Virus record (IMG/VR): IMGVR_UViG_2913584337_000003
Location: 3,126-67,125 of that record
Source of the DNA: a virus
Lineage: Duplodnaviria > Caudoviricetes
Direction: 5' to 3' (one strand)
Length of the DNA stretch: 64,000 nt
Part shown: in pieces, positions 56,001 to 64,000 of the stretch
How positions within the stretch are numbered: the stretch's first letter is position 1
Layout of the letters: every line of letters starts with the position of its first letter
Notes under the pieces: generated by a model
What the model was told of the DNA's origin: nothing
Database searches by the model: none
The model's input: the letters and a program-made list of their open reading frames with translations, nothing else
Translations under genes and position numbers: made by a program

Positions 56001-56269
56001 TGGGAGAAATAATCTTAGCAGGCGATCGTATCACGGTTGATAAACTCGTTAAAAAGGCTAACAGTTTGACAGGCTACTTAAACGGAATCGAAAGGGTAAG
56101 TTTGAAAGGGATCGACTGGGATACGTTCAAAGTAACGTGGACTGGCGTAGAGCCTACGGAGGAAGCCGAGGTATCTATCGAATTTCTTCAGCAAGAGAAC
56201 GGGGAATTGAAGGCGCGACTCGATGTCGTTGAAGATGCGCTAATCACCCTTATGGATAGCGCTAAGTAA
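56000..56269 (+). CDS. tail fibre accessory/chaperone (putative)
   Basis: 89 aa with C-terminal coiled coil, coupled to the fibre gene. Confidence 0.55.
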   Translation: MGEIILAGDRITVDKLVKKANSLTGYLNGIERVSLKGIDWDTFKVTWTGVEPTEEAEVSIEFLQQENGELKARLDVVEDALITLMDSAK

Positions 56270-56340
56270 CGAAAAGCAGAAGGTATAGAGAAGGCGTTCC
56301 TTATTGAACCGGAATAGGGCGCAAAAAGGGAGCGGATTAT

Positions 56341-58311
56341 ATGAGTAGCGAAAAGACACCGAATTTAGGATTGCACAAATGGAAGTCGACGGATTACGTG
56401 CAGATGGTCGAGTTTAACGAGAATTTCGTGAAGCTTGACGAGAAGTCTGCGGAGGTTACCGAGAATTTCGCGAAGTTTGACGAGAAGACAGCAGAGTTCA
56501 ACGAGCAGTTAGCAGAAACAACGACAGGGCTTTCATTCATTCCAGCGCAGAATGTGGTTTTAAGTACGACAGCAGCGGGTGACCCTCGTTTTCTTGACAA
56601 TATCGGGGATGGATACCTCTATGGAAGTAACTCGCGTTCGTTATACCGAGCTACCTCCGAAAACGGTCCATGGACGTTAGTTAAAGCTTTTACTGTAAAT
56701 GACGCTATAAACGGCATACGTATGTTAGGCGACGGAGAAGTCTTGCTGATACGTTCGACAGATGGGTTATGGAAATCTACAGGGTGGGCAACTAATCCAC
56801 TTACAGCTACGTGGACGCAGGTGCTAGTCACTAACGGAAGAACAACTCAGTTTAGTATAGACGTTGATAAAGCTTCTGGATGGGTTTCAGCTACAACATA
56901 TATAAATGGAGATATGACAAACTCGCGATATGTTTGGTTATCGAGAAATAACGGAGTTACATTTACGCAGATATTTGACATGCTGGACTTTGAGCCAACT
57001 ATAGACAAATCGCACGCTCACATGCATCTTGCGGTATTAGATCCGTATTGGAATGCTGTCACACCGCGGATATGGATTAGTTATCACAAAACTGCGGATG
57101 ACCCGACAAATACTGCTGATCCTTTAAAACGAATTAAATACTCTGATGATGGGGGTCAAACGTGGGTTAGCTTTTCAAATTCGGGGTATCAGCCAGTGGT
57201 AGGAATAGCGACACCTGAAGGTATGCTCTTTGGTTCTGATGAAGATACCGTCGGAGTTTATGTTGTGAGGCGAACAGCAAACCCTGCAGATATGAAGTAC
57301 GAGCTTTTTTATGCAATTAGAGAAAATATAGACGGTATTTTCGGATGGGCAACTAAGGCGATCAAGGGTGCAAATGGAGCTTATCATATTGCTTTTAGAT
57401 CAAGTGTTGCGGGCTATCCTGGTCGTGTTATTACAAGTGATGGAAAGCGAATTGTGGAGACTTTAAAAATAACTCCTGCAACGCCAAATGATTCCGTAGA
57501 CCTTGTTGATATTGTTGAGTATAAAGGAAGGATTTTGGCAAACTATTACAATACATTTACTGGAGCAGGGACAGCCTACAAAATGATAGCAGATGTACCT
57601 GTTCGTGGAGTGCCTACATTTACGTCAGTAGGAGCATTAGAGGGTGGCATTGCGGGGCCATTAGCTACTTCAGCAGGTATAAAATCTAAAGCTGATATGC
57701 GCGGTACTGCAATAGGCTCCAATAGTTATGCTGCATTACGAGGGACAGTTTTGGGCGAACAGTCGAGTGCCGGTGCAGAAGGGGTGGCGATTGGATCAGT
57801 TGCAATAGTCACAGGAAATGGGACTTCAATAGGAAAATCAGCAACTGCCGAAACCGGTGTGTCAATAGGGCGAAATAGTAGTTCAGCCAGCGATGGTACT
57901 TCTGTGGGACCGTCAGCGAAATCGATAGCGGAATCAGTTGCGCTAGGGTCTTTTGCAGATGCGTCAGCCTCTCAAACAACAGCCATCGGTCGGTTAGCGG
58001 CAGCGAACAATGCTAATGCCGTTGCAATTGGGGCACTGGCTAATGCAAACGCCCCAGGTTCTGTTGCTATTGGGAGAAATGCTAAATCGTCGCATGACTT
58101 TTCTGTAGCGCTTGGGTATGGGGTTCAAACAACAGCGCCCAATCAGTTCAAAATCGGAAATAAACATATTGAACTAGACGTAATATCAAACCCATCAACG
58201 TTCCCTGTAAACGGACTAAGGTTCTTCGCAAGAAAAAATACTTCAGGAAAAGTAGAGTTGTGTGTACTGTTCCCGTCAGGATCTCCGGCAGTCGTTGCAA
58301 CAGAACCTTAA
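56341..58311 (+). CDS. tail fibre / receptor-binding protein 2 (BNR propeller plus YadA-head-like repeats)
   Basis: N-terminal KTPNLGLHKW anchor, Asp-box SRNNGVTF/YSDDGGQTW, repeated xAIGxxAxA. Confidence 0.8.
   Translation: MSSEKTPNLGLHKWKSTDYVQMVEFNENFVKLDEKSAEVTENFAKFDEKTAEFNEQLAETTTGLSFIPAQNVVLSTTAAGDPRFLDNIGDGYLYGSNSRSLYRATSENGPWTLVKAFTVNDAINGIRMLGDGEVLLIRSTDGLWKSTGWATNPLTATWTQVLVTNGRTTQFSIDVDKASGWVSATTYINGDMTNSRYVWLSRNNGVTFTQIFDMLDFEPTIDKSHAHMHLAVLDPYWNAVTPRIWISYHKTADDPTNTADPLKRIKYSDDGGQTWVSFSNSGYQPVVGIATPEGMLFGSDEDTVGVYVVRRTANPADMKYELFYAIRENIDGIFGWATKAIKGANGAYHIAFRSSVAGYPGRVITSDGKRIVETLKITPATPNDSVDLVDIVEYKGRILANYYNTFTGAGTAYKMIADVPVRGVPTFTSVGALEGGIAGPLATSAGIKSKADMRGTAIGSNSYAALRGTVLGEQSSAGAEGVAIGSVAIVTGNGTSIGKSATAETGVSIGRNSSSASDGTSVGPSAKSIAESVALGSFADASASQTTAIGRLAAANNANAVAIGALANANAPGSVAIGRNAKSSHDFSVALGYGVQTTAPNQFKIGNKHIELDVISNPSTFPVNGLRFFARKNTSGKVELCVLFPSGSPAVVATEP
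56502..56525 (+). repeat. putative cassette recombination site D1 (in frame inside the fibre gene)
   Basis: CGAGCAGTT-AGCAGA-AACAACGAC encoding EQLAETT at the anchor/variable-domain junction. Confidence 0.6.
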
Positions 58312-58398
58312 TTCAAAAATTTTGAGTTACTTGTAGAATTTTCAAGTCTATTGTTTTAAGATTAATATATCCTTAACACTAGATTGTGAGGTTTTGCA

Positions 58399-59448
58399 TT
58401 GAGCAACCTAGGAAGATTGAATGAATTAGACGCGCTGAGAGGGTTAGCTGCGCTTGCGGTAGTTTTATATCACTATACAACAAGATATGAGGCCCTTTTT
58501 GGACATGCAAAGACCTCATATTTTGGCTTTAATTATGGTAATTTAGGTGTAAATCTGTTTTTCATGATCAGTGGGTTTGTTATTTTCATGACAATTACCA
58601 GGACGAATAATGTAACTGATTTTGCTAAGAAAAGGATTATAAGATTATATCCATCATATATCGTAGCGGTTATAATCACTTTTGTTGCAGTAAAGCTTTA
58701 TGATTTAGGCGGTAGAGGAGTAACTTTGTTTGATGGTGTTTTTAATCTGACAATGCTTCAAGGGTTTTTACCTGGCGTCATAGACCACGTTGATGGTGCT
58801 TACTGGAGCTTAAAAGTGGAGCTGACCTTCTATATTATTATTGGAGTTATTCTGTTTTTTGGTTTAAAGCAACGAGTGTATTTACTTTCGATATTGTGGT
58901 TAATTAGCACATCGATATTTCAAGTTTTAGATGCGCTTACTGGAGGCTATATAATTACTAAAGCGTTAGTTTTTTACTCTATTGCTGATTATGCTCACTT
59001 GTTTATCGCAGGGATAATGTTTTATTTATTAAAAACTAAAAATCAACTAAAATATCATTTGTTAATTGGTCTTTGTTTAATCTATGAATTCGCGCTCAAT
59101 GACTTGAAAGCAAGTTTATTTGTAACAATGTTTTTCGGTGTTTTCTATCTCTTGATAAATAGCAAGTTGTCACTACTTAATAATAAAGTCCTAACGTTTT
59201 TAGGAGCTATTTCATATAGTTTATATCTGATTCACCAAAACATTGGTTATATCATTATCAATTTCTTAGAGAAAAACGGTATGGTTCAAGAATTTTATTT
59301 GATAATACCTGTAAGTGTATCTATCATCTTAGCAACATTAATTACTTACTATATAGAAAAACCAGCAATAAGGATATTCAAGAATCGAATGCAAAAAAGG
59401 AAAACACTGAAGCTGAAAAAGGATGGGTTATCTGCTAAATCATCATAG
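58399..59448 (+). CDS. acyltransferase family 3 (OafA/YrhL-like) membrane protein
   Basis: LDALRGLA, GVNLFFMISGF, RIIRLYP, WSLKVE, SYSLYLIH; very AT-rich. Confidence 0.9.
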   Translation: MSNLGRLNELDALRGLAALAVVLYHYTTRYEALFGHAKTSYFGFNYGNLGVNLFFMISGFVIFMTITRTNNVTDFAKKRIIRLYPSYIVAVIITFVAVKLYDLGGRGVTLFDGVFNLTMLQGFLPGVIDHVDGAYWSLKVELTFYIIIGVILFFGLKQRVYLLSILWLISTSIFQVLDALTGGYIITKALVFYSIADYAHLFIAGIMFYLLKTKNQLKYHLLIGLCLIYEFALNDLKASLFVTMFFGVFYLLINSKLSLLNNKVLTFLGAISYSLYLIHQNIGYIIINFLEKNGMVQEFYLIIPVSVSIILATLITYYIEKPAIRIFKNRMQKRKTLKLKKDGLSAKSS

Positions 59449-59465
59449 TTGGAATAAACTACGCA
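59442..59465 (+). repeat. putative cassette recombination site D2
   Basis: ATCATAGTT-GGAATA-AACTACGCA overlapping the acyltransferase stop, at the AT-to-GC boundary. Confidence 0.65.
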
Positions 59466-59489
59466 GTAGTTAGACACGCACCACAACGC

Positions 59490-59518
59490 AAGGCGGCCGC
59501 CATTCGGTCGCCTTTTTT
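59490..59518 (+). terminator. rho-independent terminator
   Basis: AAGGCGGCCG-CCATT-CGGTCGCCTT-TTTT. Confidence 0.8.
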
Positions 59519-59561
59519 GCGTGGATAAAAACGCCACATCATCGGGGGGAGGGGCGCAGTA

Positions 59562-59816
59562 ATGGCGGAACCAATCAGCCGAGACATCGCGGAAATTCGC
59601 GAGTGGCTTGTTCGTATTGACACGAAGATGGACTATATGAACGAAGTAAAACATACGGCAGAGGAAGCGAAAGTATTAGCGGAAGAAGCGAAACAAATTG
59701 CGACTGAAGCACGCGAGGACATTCGCGACATGAAGGCTAATACGAAGTGGGTTTGGGGCGTAATTTTAACCGTTGTCGGTTTGCTTATTACGGTTGGCAT
59801 AGCGGTTTTTCGATAA
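59562..59816 (+). CDS. XhlA-like lysis protein
   Basis: EWLVRIDTK coiled coil plus C-terminal transmembrane segment after KWVW. Confidence 0.75.
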   Translation: MAEPISRDIAEIREWLVRIDTKMDYMNEVKHTAEEAKVLAEEAKQIATEAREDIRDMKANTKWVWGVILTVVGLLITVGIAVFR

Positions 59817-59908
59817 GCCAGTCGGCGGACGCACTCGCTCGCTGGACACGTTCGAAATTGCGGCGCCGACCTTAGTTTTAATAATAATCGAAAAGGGGCG
59901 GATTATCA

Positions 59909-60616
59909 ATGTCAGACAAATGTATTAACGACGCTGGGCATGGCGGCACAGATCCAGGAGCGTGTGCAAACGGAATCAAGGAAAAGGAATACAGCCTAGA
60001 AGCTGCACTGTATGTGAACAAGCGCTTGAATGAGCATGGAATTACCTCGGGGCTCACTAGGCCTGGAGATGAGACGCTTGACTCCGGACCGAGGACAAAA
60101 CGTGTGCGCGATTCAAATGCCGAGTTTGGAATAAGCCATCACTTTAATGCTGGTGGTGGAGCTGGGGCCGAATTTATCCACTCAATCTTTTCTGATGGAG
60201 AGTTTGGTAAACTCTTGGCCGAAGAGTTCAAAAAGGCCGGATATCCAGTAAGAAGAACTTTCAGTAGGCAAGGTAATAACGGAAAAGATTATTACTTCAT
60301 GCACAGGGAAACAGGCAGATGCAACATGACGATTGTCGAATATGATTTTGTAGATGGTCCTAATGCAGACAAGTTAAAAGACAAGGCTTACCGGCATGGT
60401 ATGTATGAATGTGTAGTAAAGGCTGTATGCCGGCATGAAGGCGTTAAGTATTACCCAATCAAGCCGCAAGCATCAAAGCCAAAGCCAAATACTAAACCGG
60501 AAAAAGTATGGTACGACGTTGTGATTGGCGGCTTTGATCAACACGAAATTGACGGGGCATTTGCGGCGACAAAGAAGGCTTTTCCGCATTGGCACATGGA
60601 AAAACGTAAACAATAA
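59909..60616 (+). CDS. endolysin, N-acetylmuramoyl-L-alanine amidase (Amidase_3)
   Basis: DAGHGGTDPGA, EKE, SHHFNAG, IVEYDFVD. Confidence 0.9.
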   Translation: MSDKCINDAGHGGTDPGACANGIKEKEYSLEAALYVNKRLNEHGITSGLTRPGDETLDSGPRTKRVRDSNAEFGISHHFNAGGGAGAEFIHSIFSDGEFGKLLAEEFKKAGYPVRRTFSRQGNNGKDYYFMHRETGRCNMTIVEYDFVDGPNADKLKDKAYRHGMYECVVKAVCRHEGVKYYPIKPQASKPKPNTKPEKVWYDVVIGGFDQHEIDGAFAATKKAFPHWHMEKRKQ

Positions 60617-60630
60617 AGGAGGGATTAATT

Positions 60631-60819
60631 ATGGAACGGTTTAGAAACTACGGATTGTGGCTCGCATTGGCAGCGCTTGGCGGACTTATTTTAAACGACG
60701 CTGGCCTGGTTGCGCCTGACAAATACGAACAGTACGTCGATATGATTTTCGCTGTCCTGGTGGCGGCGGGAGTCATCAGTAATCCGTCGCAAGGTAAAGG
60801 CTTTAAGGACGACAAATAA
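60631..60819 (+). CDS. holin
   Basis: RFRNYGLW, two transmembrane segments, GVISNPSQGKGF. Confidence 0.85.
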   Translation: MERFRNYGLWLALAALGGLILNDAGLVAPDKYEQYVDMIFAVLVAAGVISNPSQGKGFKDDK

Positions 60820-60835
60820 ACAAACGCCTCGGCCA

Positions 60836-61228
60836 TTACGGTCGGGGCGCATTTTTTACGTCATCAATATAACGATTAATTGCCGCCAAATCGTCCGAAT
60901 AAGAGTCGTCTTCTCCTTCGATTTTTACATCGTAATACAGCGACATTACACTTGTAGCCAACAGCGCAGCAGTCACATCGTTTTTGCCTTCGAAGCTACT
61001 ATCCTTACCATATAACGCCTCGTACTCGTCGGCTGCATCTTCTAGCGAAGCGTCGACAACATCGCCGCCGGCGTGCGTCTGCTCAACCTTCGCGACAAAT
61101 TCTTCCGTATCATTCACGAATGCGCCAGCGTCATATTTGACGTTATACTTCGGTGTCTCTGTTTTCGCACTACATCCCGCCAGTAAAATCGCCACTAACA
61201 ACAGCACTATAAACCGTTTAGCTCCCAC
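60836..61228 (-). CDS. lipoprotein
   Basis: Signal peptide with lipobox LAGC. Confidence 0.8.
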   Translation of the reverse strand: MGAKRFIVLLLVAILLAGCSAKTETPKYNVKYDAGAFVNDTEEFVAKVEQTHAGGDVVDASLEDAADEYEALYGKDSSFEGKNDVTAALLATSVMSLYYDVKIEGEDDSYSDDLAAINRYIDDVKNAPRP

Positions 61229-61301
61229 GTGTATTCCTCCCCTTTTTGTTTACTACGGAAGTGTATGCGAAAAGATTCGCCAAAAATTCCTAAAACCCTT
61301 T

Positions 61302-61526
61302 TTACATATCGAAAAACTTGTTTGCGTCCACGTCATACCCCATCGCCTTCAACGCCCGCTCAATCCGCACCCATGTCGCTATCTTTGGCGTATAGCCTTT
61401 TTCACCACACAAGCGCGTCAGTGTCATGGCGCTCACCTTTGCCCGTCTTGCTACTTCCGCCTGGGTTATTCCGTTGCGGTCGAGCCAACGCCCGAACTCA
61501 CTGCGCGGCTTCCCTAATCCGAACAT
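61302..61526 (-). CDS. XRE-family HTH regulator
   Basis: MFGLGKPRSEFGRWLD ... ITQAEVARRAKVS. Confidence 0.85.
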   Translation of the reverse strand: MFGLGKPRSEFGRWLDRNGITQAEVARRAKVSAMTLTRLCGEKGYTPKIATWVRIERALKAMGYDVDANKFFDM

Positions 61527-61554
61527 TCTACGTCACCTCTGCTTTTTTATCCGC

Positions 61555-61627
61555 AGTTTGTCCGAAAATAACATTTTTTAAACGTGCGCAAAATTTGTGA
61601 ATAGTGGACGTGCTGACCGTCATACCT
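61555..61627. promoter_or_regulatory. divergent sporulation-sigma-like promoters
   Basis: Minus: GTTTA-15-GGACAAACT (sigmaF-like, 61555-61583); plus: GAATA-17-CATACCT (sigmaG-like, 61599-61627). Confidence 0.45.
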
Positions 61628-61761
61628 TTTACTATTCCGAATAAATTTCCTCGGCGGAACATCGGTCGGAACAACGCAAATCCAACTATGGCGGCGCTTG
61701 GCGCCCATTTCGACCGTACTGTCCGTGCGGGACTATCTTACGATATAAAGGGGTGGCGACT

Positions 61762-63075
61762 ATGCTTTTCGAAATCGTTTCATCGCTCGCAGTAGGCGGC
61801 TTGGTCGGTGCGGTGCACGTCCATCAGCGAGGGCTTGTCGGAAATGATACGCAAGCTATCGTCCGGATTGCAGCCAACGCCGGCTTGACCGCAAAGGACG
61901 GCACAAATATTCGCATTCATCGACGGACGACTAGGCGCGACTATTCCGAATATGCGTTCCAATTGCCGCAAGGCTTGTCGGCGCAACAGTTTCGCGACAA
62001 ACTTGACCGATTCCAGGACGGCTTGAACGCAAAGAAGCGCCTGCTGGATGTATCGCTTGCGGATATAAAGCGCATTGACTGGCGGGGTGACATCGGTGAC
62101 CAGCTTCGGAAATTACTTCGCAAAAGTAAAAACATCCGAAAAGAGGTCGAAATCAGCTTCGACGGCATGCTCATTTTTCGCGTCTATAACGAAGCGCTCA
62201 CCGAATACCTGGCGTTTGATGAGGCGATGTTGGCGCAATGTCGCGGCTGGGAAATTCCGCTTGGTCAGGCGCGAGGCGGCTTCGTTCGTCACGACACGGA
62301 ACTCGGTCACATGGTCGTTGCCGGCGCTACCAGATACGGTAAATCGGTGTTCCTGAAGAACGTCATCACGTCGCTAATTGCACGCAAGCCGGAAGATGTT
62401 CGCCTAACACTTATCGACTTAAAGGGCGGGCTTACCTTCGCGCGTTATCAGAGCGCGCAGCAGGTCGCTACAGTGGCGATAGACGTAGCTGAGACTCTTA
62501 CTACCCTGATACGTTTAGACGCTGAAATGACGGCAAAGCAAGCGAAATACTTGGCGCAAGGATACGAGGACGTTAGAGAAGCGGGCGACACCGGGCGCCA
62601 CTTTATCCTCGTTGACGAAGCGGCACAACTGGCGAGCAAAGGCGTCACAGATAGCGAGGAAAAGAAGATGCGGATAGAATGCGAACGGATACTCGCCAGG
62701 ATTGCGCAGGTGGGCGCCGGCTTAGGCTATCGGCTGATATTTTGCACACAGTACCCTACCGCTGACACTTTGCCGCGACAAATCAAACAGAACGCCGACA
62801 CGCGCGTTTGCTTCCGGCTTCAGACGGCGATAGCGAGCCAAGTTGTACTAGACGAGGATGGCGCCGAAGCGTTGCCGAAAGTGCGGGGTCGAGCGATATA
62901 CCTGACGCCCGACGGTAAGCAAATCGTCCAGACGCCGTTCATCGAGAACGAATATATCGAGCGCACCATAGCGCCTCACAAACGGAAGGAGCGAGCGAAA
63001 CATGAAAGCGACACTTGCGAAAAAGCAACGCCACGAAAGCATACTCTTATCGTTGAAAAAACTCGGCTATCTTAG
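61762..63075 (+). CDS. FtsK/SpoIIIE-family ATPase
   Basis: HMVVAGATRYGKS, IDLKGG, LVDEAA, CTQYP; N-terminal hydrophobic segment. Confidence 0.9.
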   Translation: MLFEIVSSLAVGGLVGAVHVHQRGLVGNDTQAIVRIAANAGLTAKDGTNIRIHRRTTRRDYSEYAFQLPQGLSAQQFRDKLDRFQDGLNAKKRLLDVSLADIKRIDWRGDIGDQLRKLLRKSKNIRKEVEISFDGMLIFRVYNEALTEYLAFDEAMLAQCRGWEIPLGQARGGFVRHDTELGHMVVAGATRYGKSVFLKNVITSLIARKPEDVRLTLIDLKGGLTFARYQSAQQVATVAIDVAETLTTLIRLDAEMTAKQAKYLAQGYEDVREAGDTGRHFILVDEAAQLASKGVTDSEEKKMRIECERILARIAQVGAGLGYRLIFCTQYPTADTLPRQIKQNADTRVCFRLQTAIASQVVLDEDGAEALPKVRGRAIYLTPDGKQIVQTPFIENEYIERTIAPHKRKERAKHESDTCEKATPRKHTLIVEKTRLS

Positions 63076-63592
63076 TCGGTCGCAGATACAGCGCCTGCAT
63101 CGGTTGAAGAGTGACCGCAATGCTAATCGGGTGCTGGCCGGCATGGGCGAATATTTGTCGTCGGCCCGACTTGGCGAAAAGATTTATTACCTGAACGCTG
63201 CTGGCCGAGAACAAGTCGGCTGTGACCATCCGTTGAAGCGGTCGGGCCAAATTGAACACTGTGTGATGAGAAACGACGTATATATCGCTCGCGGCTGTCC
63301 AACGACCTGGCAAGCGGAAGTTAAACTGATGGTGCCTGGCGAAGTCAGCGTTATTGCTGACGCTCTATATTCGATGGGCGGCGTTTACCACATCATCGAG
63401 GTAGATAATACGCAAAAGATGGCGGCTAACCGTGCGAAGATGGGAAGGTACCGTACGCTCATTGCCCTGGGCGTATTCGAAAAGCCACCGAAGTTTATCT
63501 GGCTGACCACGACGGAGTATCGGCGGCGCCAGCTTGCGAAGTTATGCGAAAATCTGAACGCTTATATTTATACGGTGAGCGACATAAAATAG
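63002..63592 (+). CDS. replication-relaxation family protein
   Basis: N-terminal winged HTH (YLSRSQIQRLH), ADAL...IIEVDNTQ...KMGRY. Confidence 0.8.
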   Translation: MKATLAKKQRHESILLSLKKLGYLSRSQIQRLHRLKSDRNANRVLAGMGEYLSSARLGEKIYYLNAAGREQVGCDHPLKRSGQIEHCVMRNDVYIARGCPTTWQAEVKLMVPGEVSVIADALYSMGGVYHIIEVDNTQKMAANRAKMGRYRTLIALGVFEKPPKFIWLTTTEYRRRQLAKLCENLNAYIYTVSDIK

Positions 63593-63604
63593 GAGGCGAT
63601 TGGT

Positions 63605-64000
63605 GTGGCGAAGATTAAACGGGTGGGTACGATAAGTGAATTTATGCGGGGCGAGACGAATGCTCCTAGGCGGTCAGGAACGGCTGTCAAAGCGGCGGTA
63701 GGCATTGGTATAGCGTTGGTATCACTTACGTTTGGCGACGTGTCATTGGCGGCTGCGGGCGCTGTAGATGCGGCGGTGACAGCGAAGGTAGTTACGATGT
63801 TTACGCCACTCGTCGATTTGGTGCGTGCGCTATCTTATCCGATCAGCCTCGTGATGATGCTGGGTGGTGGTCTATCCGTCATGATTGGGCTGAGCGAGCG
63901 TGGATTTTCGATGATACAGCGGGCGGGCCTCGGCTACGTGCTTGTTCAGATGCTTCCGATACTAATGGATCTACTTGTCGAGATTACAAAAGCGCTATAG
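63605..64000 (+). CDS. membrane protein, TrbC/VirB2 pilin-like (putative)
   Basis: Signal-like segment then two hydrophobic helices, IQRAGLGYVLVQ. Confidence 0.55.
   Translation: MAKIKRVGTISEFMRGETNAPRRSGTAVKAAVGIGIALVSLTFGDVSLAAAGAVDAAVTAKVVTMFTPLVDLVRALSYPISLVMMLGGGLSVMIGLSERGFSMIQRAGLGYVLVQMLPILMDLLVEITKAL

Larger units (their letters stand above)
1..64000. mobile_element. temperate Bacillaceae myovirus with PBSX-like tail (partial genome)
   Basis: Contiguous replication, packaging, head, contractile tail and lysis modules plus an arbitrium locus; no host flank or att site visible. Confidence 0.9.

Noticed and set aside
55098-58311. Diversity-generating retroelement or invertible shufflon for the fibres
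   Set aside because: No reverse transcriptase, no TR/VR pair and no inverted alternative C-termini; the sites are in direct orientation
4920-59465. Cassette sites as host dif sites or LexA boxes
   Set aside because: They lack the TTATGT XerD/RipX-type arm and the GAAC-N4-GTTC pattern
1-64000. tRNA or rRNA genes
   Set aside because: No cloverleaf with T-loop/CCA pattern or rRNA-like segment found by eye; tRNAscan-SE would be decisive

Overview
The whole window is one temperate phage genome segment from a Bacillaceae host (host inferred from protein families and RBS/promoter style). Almost all genes are on the + strand and no host chromosome flank is visible. Gene order: replication module (DnaC-like loader, DnaB helicase, primase); two XRE/HTH genes divergent from an arbitrium aimR-aimP locus (aimP is a 39-aa ORF ending VALPEKVGG that the ORF track missed) followed directly by a sigma-like gene; a ~500-nt structured non-coding region; SSB, PolA, exonucleases, RuvC-like resolvase; nucleotide metabolism (class II RNR, PhoH, dUTPase, ThyX, dNMP kinase); two related orphan DNA methyltransferases; a Rep-like gene with iterons; TerS / short tyrosine recombinase / TerL; capsid genes; a PBSX(Xkd)-like contractile tail; two fibre genes; an OafA-like acyltransferase; lysis genes; and an FtsK / replication-relaxation / pilin-like module. 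The most notable unexplained structure is a family of 14 co-oriented, degenerate ~24-bp sites (9-bp arm, 6-bp spacer, 9-bp arm; consensus ~tNcgCAvTT-N6-AAwtrCGmA). They bracket AT-rich accessory genes at five loci, including a four-gene array and a unit made of the receptor-binding part of a tail fibre plus the acyltransferase. This looks like an integron-like gene-cassette exchange system, which is an inference from manual alignment. All product calls come from motif recognition by eye; no database searches were run.
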